Assembly (NCBI GenBank): GCA_963770565.1
Contig: CAVYQE010000002.1
Location: forward strand, 480,001 to 544,000
Direction of reading: 5' to 3'
DNA length: 64,000 nucleotides
Source of the DNA: an uncultured Actinomycetota bacterium
GTDB taxonomy: Bacteria > Actinomycetota > Actinomycetes > JAFAQI01
Position numbers and translations under genes: made by a program. The notes under the pieces are model-generated. The model did not search any database. It worked only from the letters and a program-made list of their open reading frames with translations, and was not told the origin of the DNA. Positions 49,235 through 58,596 of the stretch are shown piece after piece. The stretch's first letter is position 1; each line of letters begins with the position of its first letter.

Positions 49235-50653
49235 ATGGCCGACATCGTGATCGCGTCCAACCGCGGGCCGATCGCGTTCCACCGCGCTGCCGACGGCACG
49301 GTTGTCGCGGCGCGTGGAAGTGGCGGCCTGGTCACCGGTCTGGCCGGGCTGCCGGCCGAGGGCGCGACGGTGTGGGTCTGCGCAGCGCTCAGCGACACCG
49401 ATCGAGAAGTCGCCGCCTCCGCACCCGGCGGACGGCTCGATCTCGCCGGCCAGACGACCGACCCGGTGCAGATGCTGGCAATCGATGCCGACACCTTCGC
49501 CGGCGCCTACAACACGATCTCGAACCAGACCCTTTGGTACGTCGTGCACGGCCTGAACGCCGGAAAACCATTGCTGTCCAACGACTCCCACGCGTGGCGG
49601 AAAGCCTGGGCGTCGTACGCCGATTACAACGCGGCCTTTGCCGACGCGATCGCCGCCGACGCGTCCGAGCGGGCCCGGGTGCTGGTGCAGGACTACCACC
49701 TGACGGTGCTCCCGGCCATGCTGAGGGCGCGGCGGCCGGACCTGCGGATCGGGCTGTTCACCCACACCCCGTGGGCGACCGTGACCGACTTCGAGCTGCT
49801 CCCCGCCGATGTCGCGGACGAGCTGCTGGTGGGCATGCTCGGCGCCGACAGTCTCGGTTTCCACTCGCCGCGTTGGGCCGATGACTTCATCGACTGCTGC
49901 ATAGCGATACTCGGCGCCGAGCGGGAACCGGGCGGCGTGCGGTACGACGGCCGGTCGACCGCCGTTCGCGTCCACCCGCTCGGTGTCGATCCCGGGCCGC
50001 TGCTCGAGCGCGCCGCGCAGCCCGACGTCGCCGCGCATCGCGCCGCGCTCGAGTCGATGCTCGGCGACCGGCAGGCGATCGTGCGGGTCGACCGGACCGA
50101 GCCTTCCAAGAACATCGCCCGAGGGTTGTCGGCGTACCGCGACCTGCTCGAGCGCTATCCGGAGCACCGCGAGCACGTGGTGCATCTCGCGATCGCCTAC
50201 CCGAGCCGCCAGGACATCGCCGACTACCGGCACCTGACCGAGGAAATCGAAGCCCTCGCCGGGGAGATCAACGACGCGTTCGCGACGGACACCTGGACCC
50301 CGGTGCAGCTCTCGGTGGTCAACGACTACCCCGAGTCGCTGGCCACCCTGGCCGCCGGCGACGTCGCGCTGGTCAACCCGGTCCGCGACGGGATGAACCT
50401 GGTCGCCAAGGAAGCGACCGTGCTCTCGGACGACGGTGTGCTGGTGCTGTCCCGCAACGCCGGCGCAGCCGACGCGATGGGTGAGTTCGCGCTGCTGATC
50501 GACCCGTTCGACGTCGCCGCGACGGCCGACGCTCTGCACGCGGCGCTCGTCATGCCGGCTGCCGAGCGGGCCCGCCGCCATGTCGGCCTGCTCGCGGCCG
50601 CGACCGCGCATCCGCCCCGCGACTGGCTGCGCCAGCAACTCGACGCGCTCTGA
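49235..50653 (+). CDS. otsA: Trehalose-6-phosphate synthase (GT20)
   Basis: ASNRGP, GGLV, VQDYHL, FTHTPW, RVDRTEPSKNI, RDGMNLVAKE. Confidence 0.92.
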   Translation: MADIVIASNRGPIAFHRAADGTVVAARGSGGLVTGLAGLPAEGATVWVCAALSDTDREVAASAPGGRLDLAGQTTDPVQMLAIDADTFAGAYNTISNQTLWYVVHGLNAGKPLLSNDSHAWRKAWASYADYNAAFADAIAADASERARVLVQDYHLTVLPAMLRARRPDLRIGLFTHTPWATVTDFELLPADVADELLVGMLGADSLGFHSPRWADDFIDCCIAILGAEREPGGVRYDGRSTAVRVHPLGVDPGPLLERAAQPDVAAHRAALESMLGDRQAIVRVDRTEPSKNIARGLSAYRDLLERYPEHREHVVHLAIAYPSRQDIADYRHLTEEIEALAGEINDAFATDTWTPVQLSVVNDYPESLATLAAGDVALVNPVRDGMNLVAKEATVLSDDGVLVLSRNAGAADAMGEFALLIDPFDVAATADALHAALVMPAAERARRHVGLLAAATAHPPRDWLRQQLDAL

Positions 50654-50679
50654 GCGCCGAGCCCGGCCGCGTCCGCGGC

Positions 50680-51483
50680 TCAGAGCATGGCGACGATGCC
50701 GGCCAGCCAGCCCACGACCGCCTCCGGCCCGGGCAGTACGACGTCGGCCGCCTCCTGCAGCTCAGGAGGCACCTCCGGCGCCCGGCCGGCCGACGGCTGC
50801 TCGAAGGCGGCGATCGCCAGCCCGTTCACTCCGGACTCGGCCCGAAGCTCGGCCACGACGCGAAAAGCCGGCAGGTCGCCGACGTCGTCGCCGATGTAGA
50901 TCACCGTGGTGGCGCCGGTTGCGGCCACCAGGCTGCGCAGGGCCGAGCCCTTGTCCGTCCCCGCCGGTCGCAGCTCGAGGACGAAGCGGCCCGCCACGGC
51001 TTCGAGCCCCATGTCGGCCGCCAGCCGGCGCAGCGCCGGCGCCAGGTCGTCGAGGGCCTGCTGCGGGTCGGCGGCCGGCCGGGTGTGGACCGCGAACGAC
51101 TGGCCCTTGTCCTCGACGTACACGCCATTCGGAGCGCCCTCGAGCAGCAACGGGAGCCGGAGTCGGGCCCGCTCGACCGCGGGGTCGGGCGGTGGTGAGT
51201 CGAGCTGTCCGCCGTGCCAGCGCTGCAGCCCGTAGTGGCCGAGGACAAGCAGCCCGGACACCCCGCCGAGCTGGCCGAGGGCAACGACCTCGTCGGCGGC
51301 CCGGCCACTGATGACCGCCAGCTGCCCGATCCGCGCGGCGAGCGCCTGCATGACCTCCCGGGCCCCGTCCACGAGCCGGGCCGCCTCGGGACGCTCGACG
51401 ATCGGCGCGAGCGTGCCGTCGAAGTCGAGCGCGACGAGGGCGGATCGGGGGTCGGCCAGCAGCGCCATGACGGCGTCAGCCAC
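50680..51483 (-). CDS. otsB: Trehalose-6-phosphate phosphatase
   Basis: LDFDGTLAPI, ISGR, VLELRP, DKG, IGDDVGD. Confidence 0.93.
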   Translation of the reverse strand: MADAVMALLADPRSALVALDFDGTLAPIVERPEAARLVDGAREVMQALAARIGQLAVISGRAADEVVALGQLGGVSGLLVLGHYGLQRWHGGQLDSPPPDPAVERARLRLPLLLEGAPNGVYVEDKGQSFAVHTRPAADPQQALDDLAPALRRLAADMGLEAVAGRFVLELRPAGTDKGSALRSLVAATGATTVIYIGDDVGDLPAFRVVAELRAESGVNGLAIAAFEQPSAGRAPEVPPELQEAADVVLPGPEAVVGWLAGIVAML

Positions 51484-51489
51484 GACGGC

Positions 51490-52311
51490 TCAGCCGACCC
51501 AGTCCGAGGTCAGGACGAGCGTGATGCCGACCTGGGTGAGTCCGGCCACGGAGTTCGGCTCGATCCGGTGTACGGCGCTGAACTCCCGGGCCAGATGCTT
51601 CGCGGCCGCCTTCTCGCCCGGCGAGAAATAGACCGTCGTCTCCGGGATCGCGCCCTGCAGGTTGCCGATCACGCCGATCTTCCAGCCCTTGGCCGCGACC
51701 TCGCCCGCCACCTGGTGGGCCAGGCCGGTGATCCGCGAGTTGTTCAGCACCTGGACGGTGGCCATCGCATTGCGGTCGGCCGGCTTGGTCGTGGCCGTCT
51801 TCGACGGCTGGGCCGGCGGGGTGCTCGCGGTCGTCGGCGTCGGCGAGGTGGCCGGAGCGGTCGACGCCGGGGGCGAGGTCGGCGGAGCGGTGGGCGGCTT
51901 CGAGTGATGATGCGTCGGGGTGGTGACCACGCCCGGCGTCGTCGCCGCCGAGGACTTGGTGCCGTTCGGCCGCCCATTGATCCAGATCAGCAAGCCGACG
52001 ACGACCAGGACGACGACGACCGCGACCAGCGGTCCGAGCACCCGACCGCTGGCCGCACCCGGCGGCGGAGCGCGGTGACTGCGCGGGCGCACCAGGGGCG
52101 AGGTGTCCGCATCCGGTTCCGACCCCTCGCCAGGGAGGCCGGCCCCGAGTAGACCCCCGGAGGACGCGACCGGGGCCGATTCGGGCGGAGCGACCGGGAC
52201 TGGCTCGGGCGCGGGCTCGGATTCGGGGTCGGGGTCGGGGTCCCAGTTCGGCTCCCATTCCGACTCCGAACCTGGTGCGGGAGGCTCGCTGCCGTTGCCT
52301 TCCTCGCTCAC
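51490..52311 (-). CDS. LytR C-terminal domain membrane protein
   Basis: E/P-rich N-term, TM, P/T linker, VQVLNNSRITGLA...TTVYF. Confidence 0.88.
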   Translation of the reverse strand: MSEEGNGSEPPAPGSESEWEPNWDPDPDPESEPAPEPVPVAPPESAPVASSGGLLGAGLPGEGSEPDADTSPLVRPRSHRAPPPGAASGRVLGPLVAVVVVLVVVGLLIWINGRPNGTKSSAATTPGVVTTPTHHHSKPPTAPPTSPPASTAPATSPTPTTASTPPAQPSKTATTKPADRNAMATVQVLNNSRITGLAHQVAGEVAAKGWKIGVIGNLQGAIPETTVYFSPGEKAAAKHLAREFSAVHRIEPNSVAGLTQVGITLVLTSDWVG

Positions 52312-52400
52312 GACACCACCCTCACAGCCAGAACGTAGTGCTCACGGTGCACGCTCCCCCGGATTCACCGCACGGGCGGATCGCCCGAGCTCAGCGCCGG

Positions 52401-52694
52401 TCAGGCCTCAAAGCCGAGTCGGCGGGCGGACCGGGCCCGCTGCCGGGCGGCTCGCAGCCGGCGCAGCCGCTTGACGAGCATCGGGTCGGCCGCAAGCGCC
52501 TCCGGCCGGTCGAGCAGGGCGTTGAGCACCTGGTAGTAACGGGTCGCGGACATGTCGAACAGGTCGCGGACCGCCTGCTCCTTCGCACCGGCGTATTTCC
52601 ACCAGTGCCGTTCGAAGGCGAGAATCTCCCGATCGCGCTCCGACAGCTCCCCGGTCGCCGAGTCGCGGCCGGACAGTGCTCCTTCAGCGCTCAT
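52401..52694 (-). CDS. DUF3263 family protein
   Basis: ILAFERHWWKYAGAKEQAVRDLFDMSATRYYQVLNALLD...DPMLVKRLRR. Confidence 0.93.
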   Translation of the reverse strand: MSAEGALSGRDSATGELSERDREILAFERHWWKYAGAKEQAVRDLFDMSATRYYQVLNALLDRPEALAADPMLVKRLRRLRAARQRARSARRLGFEA

Positions 52695-52767
52695 GACGGA
52701 CTCCCGCGACTTGAACTGGACCTCGAGAACTACAGCAGTGTCATTCTGGCACGGCGCGCCCGCAACG

Positions 52768-54021
52768 TCACGGATACAGACCGCGAGTGCGGTGCGCCTC
52801 GGCCACCCGGCCGACGCCGATCATCTGAGCCGCGGTCCGCAGCGATGTACCCCGCTCTTGCGCCAGCGCCGAGACCTCGGCGTAGGACGACTCGAGGATC
52901 GCCCGCATCCGGTCCGACACCTCGTGCTCGGTCCACCAGTACGCCTGCAGGTCCTGCACCCACTCGAAGTAGGAGACCGCGACTCCGCCGGAATTGGCCA
53001 GGATGTCCGGTACGACGACTACTCCCTTGCTCTCGAGCACCGCGTCCGCGTCCGGCGTGGTCGGGCCGTTCGCGCCCTCGACCACGAAACGGGCCTTGAC
53101 CCGATCGGCATTGCCGTCGTGGATCACGCTCTCGAGCGCAGCCGGCACGAGGATGTCGACGTCGAGCTCGAGCAGCTCCTCATTGGTGATTGCGTCGGTA
53201 CCCGGGTAGCCGACCACCGACTCCATGCCGGCGCGCATCTCCCGCAGCATCTTCGCCGGGTTCATGCCGAGCGAGTTGTAGGCACCGCCCTTGACGTCGG
53301 AGACCGCGACGATCTTGCAGCCGGCGTCATGCAGGTATTGCGCGGTGAGGCCGCCGACCTTGCCGAAGCCCTGCACTGCGACCGAGACCTCGCTCGGGTC
53401 GACGCCGGCCTCCTGGAGCGCCGCGAATGCCGTGATCATCACCCCCCGGCTGGTCGCGCCGGCCCGCCCCTCGGAGCCACCGATGCTGACCGGCTTGCCG
53501 GTCACGACGCCGGTCACGGTGTAGCCCTGGTTCACCGAGTAGGTGTCCATGAACCACGCCATCGTCTGCTCGTCGGTGCCGACGTCGGGCGCGGGGATGT
53601 CCTTCTCCGGCCCGACGATCGGGCGGATCTCGCTGGCATAGCGCCGGGTCACGCGCTCGAGCTCGGTCTGGCTGTAGAGCCGCGGATCGATCGTCACGCC
53701 GCCCTTGGCGCCGCCGTACGGAATGCCGATCAGCGCGCATTTCCAGGTCATCCACATCGCCAGCGCGCGAACCTCGTCGATGTCGGTCGACGGGTGATAG
53801 CGGATGCCGCCCTTGGCCGGCCCACGGGAGAGGTTGTGCTGCACGCGATAGCCGCGGAGCACCTCGATGTTTCCGTCGTCGCGACGCAACGGGATGCTGA
53901 CGGTCATCTCGCGACGAGGGGTGGCCAGCAACTGGTGCATGCCGTCGTCCAGGCCGAGTTGTCTCACCGCCTCGGCGAGTTGCGTGCGCGCGGACTCCCA
54001 TGCCGACTGGCGTGCAGCCAC
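52768..54021 (-). CDS. gdhA: Glutamate dehydrogenase (Glu/Leu/Phe/Val family)
   Basis: GPAKGGIRYH, PYGGAKGG, DIPAPDV, TGKP, GFGKVG, EGANGP, SYFEWVQ; start 54021-54039. Confidence 0.9.
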   Translation of the reverse strand: MAARQSAWESARTQLAEAVRQLGLDDGMHQLLATPRREMTVSIPLRRDDGNIEVLRGYRVQHNLSRGPAKGGIRYHPSTDIDEVRALAMWMTWKCALIGIPYGGAKGGVTIDPRLYSQTELERVTRRYASEIRPIVGPEKDIPAPDVGTDEQTMAWFMDTYSVNQGYTVTGVVTGKPVSIGGSEGRAGATSRGVMITAFAALQEAGVDPSEVSVAVQGFGKVGGLTAQYLHDAGCKIVAVSDVKGGAYNSLGMNPAKMLREMRAGMESVVGYPGTDAITNEELLELDVDILVPAALESVIHDGNADRVKARFVVEGANGPTTPDADAVLESKGVVVVPDILANSGGVAVSYFEWVQDLQAYWWTEHEVSDRMRAILESSYAEVSALAQERGTSLRTAAQMIGVGRVAEAHRTRGLYP

Positions 54022-54161
54022 TTGCTTTTCCACCTCCACGCCGCGTGATCGCCGTTGACCAACGCGGTGTACGACGGAACATCCTGCCACCACCGCATGG
54101 CTGAAGGACGATTGCGTGCCGAAACTCGGCCGTTCTGAAAGGTTTTCGGCGCTAGTCGCCG

Positions 54162-55943
54162 TCAACCCAAGCGGAGCCGCCGTGCCTTTCGGAGCGCCAG
54201 CCACTGCCTCGGCCAGACGATGAAGGCCTCGGCCTCGAGCGCGGCCAGCGCGATCCGCGGAATGTCACCGGCCCCTGGATAACAGATGAACCGCGGCTCC
54301 CAGATCGGCCGGAACTTCGCGTTGAAGCGGTAGAGCGACTCGATCTGGAACCACCGCGACACCCCGAGCAGGGTCGCCCGCCACACCCGCAGGATCGGAC
54401 CGGCGCCGAGCCGGGCGCCGCGCTCGAGCGCGGACCGGAACGCCGAGAAGTTGAGCGAGAGCCTGGTGATGCCCAGCGCCGGCGCGGCGCGGATCGCCGC
54501 GACGATCATCAGCTCGTTGAGCCCCGGATCGGCGTCGCGATCGCGCCTCATCAGCTCGAGGCTGAGCCCGTCCGGACCCCACGGCACGAAGTGCAGGACC
54601 GCGGCGAGCCGGCCATCGCGGTGCGCGGTCACGGCCACACAGTCAGCGTCGCGGGGGTCCCCGAACCGCCCCAGCGCCATCGAGAACCCGCGCTCGACCT
54701 CCGCACCCCGCCAGGACGCGGCCTGCTGGCGGATCGCGGCGATCTCAGTCGCGCTCAGGTCACCGACCCGGGCGACTTCGGTGACGTAGCCGGCCCGCTC
54801 GACCCGGCTGACCATCTGGCGGACGTTGCGCATCGCCCGGCCGTCCAGGCTGAAGTCGTCGATCTCGAGCACCGCCTCGTCGCCCAGCTCGAGGGCGCGG
54901 AGGCACGCCTCGCGGACCCAGACCTCGCCGCCACGCTCGCTGCACCCCACGACCGCCGGAACCCAGGCGTGGTTGCGGGCCAGCTCGACGAACGCCGCGA
55001 TCGCCCCCGGCCAGGCCTCGGGATCCCCGATCGGGTCACCGGACGCCAGCAGCACCCCCGACACGACGCGGTACGACACCGCCGCCTTGCCCGTGGCCGA
55101 GAAGACGACCGCCTTGTCGCGACGGAGCGCGAAGTAGCCGAGGGAGTCGCGCTCGCCGTGCTTCGCGAGCAGCTCACGCAGTTGCACCTCGTCAGTCGCG
55201 GACAGCGTGGCGATCGGCTCGGCCGGCCGCAGTGCCAGATAGGCCGAGGTCAACACCGTCGCCGCGCCGAGCGCGATCAGCACGAAATAGACCAGGTCGG
55301 AGGTGCCGTCGGACACGAAGCGCAGCGGGCCGGTCACGCCGACCAGGCCCAGCGCGATCTCGCGGAAGCGGGCGCCGACCGAGGGTTCACCGATCACCGA
55401 GTTGGCGCGGAACGCCAGGAGCAGGTAGCCGAGGCCGAACGACGCGCCGAGCATCCCGACGAAGGCCACGGGCGCCCACAGCCGGGTCCGCGGGTCGCCC
55501 TCGGCATAGAACTGGGCGGAGAGCGCGATCAGTAGGACGACCAGCAGCAGGCTCAGCGCGGCCGGACCGAGGTCGAGGCCCTTCACGACGTGCAGACCGG
55601 CGGTCAGCAGGGTGAGCGCGAGCGCGGCTCGCCAAGCCCGGCGCTTCCGGCGTCGCAGGCTCAGGCCGAGCATGATCAGCAGCACGCCGGCGACAACGGT
55701 GGCCGCACTCGCGCCCTGCGCGACGCCGAGCGGCACCACCTTGGTCAGGTCGTGCAGCCGGGCCGACCGCTCCGGCGAAAGTGCGTCGAGCACGTCGATA
55801 ACGCCGAGCGCCACCGTCGCCAGGGCAATCGCGGTCGGCACCCCGCGAAGAAGCCGACGATTGTCGGCCTTTCCCGGTTCGGATCCGGATGTGCGCTCGG
55901 CGTCGGTCGCTAACTCGGCGCGGCTACGCGCATGGACCTGCAC
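54162..55943 (-). CDS. Aminoacyl-phosphatidylglycerol synthase (MprF/LysX-like, DUF2156) without fused tRNA synthetase
   Basis: LRRRKRRAW, HVVKGL, DSLGYFALRRDK, ASGDPIGD, ELGDEA, ERGFSMALGR, SLYRFNAKFRP; start uncertain. Confidence 0.92.
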   Translation of the reverse strand: MQVHARSRAELATDAERTSGSEPGKADNRRLLRGVPTAIALATVALGVIDVLDALSPERSARLHDLTKVVPLGVAQGASAATVVAGVLLIMLGLSLRRRKRRAWRAALALTLLTAGLHVVKGLDLGPAALSLLLVVLLIALSAQFYAEGDPRTRLWAPVAFVGMLGASFGLGYLLLAFRANSVIGEPSVGARFREIALGLVGVTGPLRFVSDGTSDLVYFVLIALGAATVLTSAYLALRPAEPIATLSATDEVQLRELLAKHGERDSLGYFALRRDKAVVFSATGKAAVSYRVVSGVLLASGDPIGDPEAWPGAIAAFVELARNHAWVPAVVGCSERGGEVWVREACLRALELGDEAVLEIDDFSLDGRAMRNVRQMVSRVERAGYVTEVARVGDLSATEIAAIRQQAASWRGAEVERGFSMALGRFGDPRDADCVAVTAHRDGRLAAVLHFVPWGPDGLSLELMRRDRDADPGLNELMIVAAIRAAPALGITRLSLNFSAFRSALERGARLGAGPILRVWRATLLGVSRWFQIESLYRFNAKFRPIWEPRFICYPGAGDIPRIALAALEAEAFIVWPRQWLALRKARRLRLG

Positions 55944-55944
55944 G

Positions 55945-56016
55945 AGCCCCGTGTCCGGATCGAACGGACGACCTGCCGCTTACAAGGCGGCTGCTCTACC
56001 ACTGAGCCAACGGGGC
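55945..56016 (-). tRNA. tRNA-Thr(TGT), CCA not encoded
   Basis: GCCCCGT/ACGGGGC acceptor, GCTCAGTGGTAGAGC D-arm, GCCGC-CTTGTAA-GCGGC anticodon arm, GTTCGATCC T-loop. Confidence 0.97.
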
Positions 56017-56050
56017 GCAACGATGGTTCAGGGTATCCGCGGCCCTTCGA

Positions 56051-56818
56051 CTACGCGGTCGCCGAAGCAGCCGCGGCCGCCTCGTCCGCCTGCGGCTCGT
56101 CGTCGTCGGCACCCGCGAAGAAGTAGCGGTATGCCCCCGCGGCCAGGATGCCGCCGACCAGCGGCGCAAGGATGAAGACCCAGACCTGCTTGATCGCGTC
56201 GTGACCGATGATCAGCGCCGGCCCGAGACTCCGCGCCGGGTTCACCGACGTACCGGTCAGGGGGATGCCGATGAGGTGGACCACGGTCAGGGCGAGGCCG
56301 ATCGCGAGCCCGGCGAAGCCCGGCGATCCGAGCCGGCTGGTCGCGCCGAGCACGACGAAGACGAAGAGGAAGGTCAGGATCGCTTCGGCCAGGAAGGCCC
56401 CGCCGGCGTTGATGCCGATCATCGAGTTCTTGCCGTAGCCGTCCGTGCCAAGGCCGACGCTCGCACGGCTGTAGATCGGCGAGGTCGAGAAGACGCCCCA
56501 CAACACCAGCGCGCCCACGATCCCACCCAGGAACTGCGCGAACCAGTAGCCGACCGCCTCCTCGAGCGACATCCGCCCCGATGCGAAGAAGCCCATCGTC
56601 ACGGCCGGGTTGACATGGCAGCCCGAGATCGGGCCGATCGTGTAGGCGAGCGCCAGCACGGTGAGCCCGAAAGCCATCGCGGTCGCCACCACGCCGGCCG
56701 ACAGGCTGGCACCGGCCAGCTTGAACCCGAAGCTCAACGTCGCGACACCGACCGCGAAGATCACCAGAAGCGCCGTACCAAGGAATTCGGCTGCGAGCTT
56801 GCGCACGTCCATGTCCAC
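56051..56818 (-). CDS. aqpZ: Aquaporin (MIP family)
   Basis: AEFLGT, ISGCHVNPAVT, GTSVNPARS. Confidence 0.93.
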   Translation of the reverse strand: MDMDVRKLAAEFLGTALLVIFAVGVATLSFGFKLAGASLSAGVVATAMAFGLTVLALAYTIGPISGCHVNPAVTMGFFASGRMSLEEAVGYWFAQFLGGIVGALVLWGVFSTSPIYSRASVGLGTDGYGKNSMIGINAGGAFLAEAILTFLFVFVVLGATSRLGSPGFAGLAIGLALTVVHLIGIPLTGTSVNPARSLGPALIIGHDAIKQVWVFILAPLVGGILAAGAYRYFFAGADDDEPQADEAAAAASATA

Positions 56819-56893
56819 TCCCCAGTTCGGACAAACCAGACCTGCCAGGCTTGACGATAGCTAGTCAGGCGCCGAAACCGGGACACTGACGCG

Positions 56894-58507
56894 GTGAGCA
56901 ACACCCGCGGTCTGACCCGCCGGCGCGCCCTCGGCCTGATCGCCGGGGCCAGTGCCTCCACCGCGCTGGCCGGCTGCCACTCCTCGACCAAGACCGGCGC
57001 GAAGCCGCCACCCGGCTCGCCCTCGATCAGCGGCTCGCCCGGGCTCTCGCCGACGCCGAACGCCTCGGCGACCGGCGTCCGGCCGGTCGACTGGCACGCC
57101 CTGCGCCGGTCGCTCAGCGGCGACCTTCGGCGGCCGGGGAGCGCGGGCTACAACGCGGCGCGGATCCTCTTCGACCGTCGGTACGACACGGTGATGCCGG
57201 CCGCCGTGGTCCAGGTGGCGAGCGAGGCCGATGTCGCGGCGAGCATCGCGTTTGCGCACCGCTTCGGCCTCCCGCTCCGGATCCGGTCCGGGGGCCACTC
57301 CTATGTCGGGCAGTCGATCGGCCCGGGACTGGTCATCGACCTGAGGGCGATCAACAGCATCTTGATCGACGAATCGGCGGGGACCGCGACGATCGGCGCG
57401 GGAGCCGCGCTCGTCGACGTCTACTCCGCGCTGGCCGCGCACGGAGTCTCCATCCCGGCCGGCTCCTGCCCGTCGGTCGGGCTGTCCGGATTGACTCTCG
57501 GCGGCGGCATCGGCGTGGTCGCCCGCCGCTACGGCCTGACCTGCGACCGGCTGCTCTCGGCCCGGATCGTCACCGCCGACGGCACCACGCTCACCTGCAG
57601 CCCGACCAGCCACTCGGATCTCTACTGGGCACTGCGTGGCGGCGGTGGCAGCTTCGGTGTGGTCACCTCGCTGACGCTCGGAACCCACCGCGCCGACCCG
57701 CTCGCGCACGCGTTCCTCACCTGGCCGTGGTCGGCAGCTGCCGAGGTCGTGGCCGGCTGGCAGCCGTGGGCGATCGCCGCGCCGCGCTCGCTCTGGTCGA
57801 GCGCGCACATCCTCGCCACCGACGGCGGCGGCGACGCGACGATCTCGGTGGCCGCAGTGATGGTGGCGAGCGAGGCGGCGCTTCAGCAGCAGATCGGCAC
57901 TCTCGTGCACTCGATCCGTACGCCGCCCAAGGTCAACTTCGTCGCGAGCGAGAGCTACGAGGCGACCATGATGCTCGAGAGCGGTTGCGCAGCGTTGTCC
58001 GTGGAGTCGTGCCACGTGGCGGACGAGACACCCGGCGGCACGCTGCCCCGGGACGCGTTCGTGGCCGGCTCGGACTTCTTCACCCACCCGATCCCGGCAG
58101 CCGGGATCACCGCGCTGGTGACCGCGGTCGAGCAGCGGCAGAACGACCCGCGGCTCGGGGCCGGCGGCGCGTCGCTGGACATCCTCGGCGGGGCGGTGGA
58201 CGACCTGGCGCCGAGCGCGACCGCCTGGGTCCACCGCGGCGCGTTGTTCGACGCGCAATACACCGCGTCCTGGGGCACCACGCCCGGCAACGGCCCGCTG
58301 GCCCGCAACCAGCACTCACTGGCCACGATCCACGGCGCGCTACGCCCGTACGCGTCCGGGCAGGCCTACCAGAACTACGCGGACGAGACGCTCGCCAATC
58401 CGCAGCGGGCCTACTACGGGGCCAACCTGCCGCGCCTGATCGACGTACGCCGGACCTACGACCCGCACGGCGTGTTCACGCAGCCGCAAGGCGTCCCGTT
58501 GGCGTGA
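56894..58507 (+). CDS. Tat-exported lipoprotein, BBE-like FAD oxidase
   Basis: TRRRAL Tat motif, LAGC lipobox, RSGGHSY, GSCPSVG, LYWALRGGGG, AYQNY, YYGANL...YDP. Confidence 0.92.
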   Translation: MSNTRGLTRRRALGLIAGASASTALAGCHSSTKTGAKPPPGSPSISGSPGLSPTPNASATGVRPVDWHALRRSLSGDLRRPGSAGYNAARILFDRRYDTVMPAAVVQVASEADVAASIAFAHRFGLPLRIRSGGHSYVGQSIGPGLVIDLRAINSILIDESAGTATIGAGAALVDVYSALAAHGVSIPAGSCPSVGLSGLTLGGGIGVVARRYGLTCDRLLSARIVTADGTTLTCSPTSHSDLYWALRGGGGSFGVVTSLTLGTHRADPLAHAFLTWPWSAAAEVVAGWQPWAIAAPRSLWSSAHILATDGGGDATISVAAVMVASEAALQQQIGTLVHSIRTPPKVNFVASESYEATMMLESGCAALSVESCHVADETPGGTLPRDAFVAGSDFFTHPIPAAGITALVTAVEQRQNDPRLGAGGASLDILGGAVDDLAPSATAWVHRGALFDAQYTASWGTTPGNGPLARNQHSLATIHGALRPYASGQAYQNYADETLANPQRAYYGANLPRLIDVRRTYDPHGVFTQPQGVPLA

Positions 58508-58596
58508 CCCCACGCATGGCCCATTGGTGGGGTCATAGCGCCACCCATGGCCCATCGGTGGGGCGATAGGCCCACCAATGGGCCATGCGTGGGTCA
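58505..58596. repeat. Family C triple-core palindromic element
   Basis: ATGG(C/G)CCAT cores at 58516, 58547, 58578; long terminal IR; ends coincide with both flanking stop codons. Confidence 0.92.

Noticed and set aside
51790-52280. Short tandem-like repeats in the LytR_C gene
   Set aside because: They encode ordinary Pro/Thr and Glu/Pro/Asp low-complexity linkers.
55945-56016. tRNA-Thr as attachment site of an integrated element
   Set aside because: No integrase and no duplicated tRNA 3' end was seen in the window.
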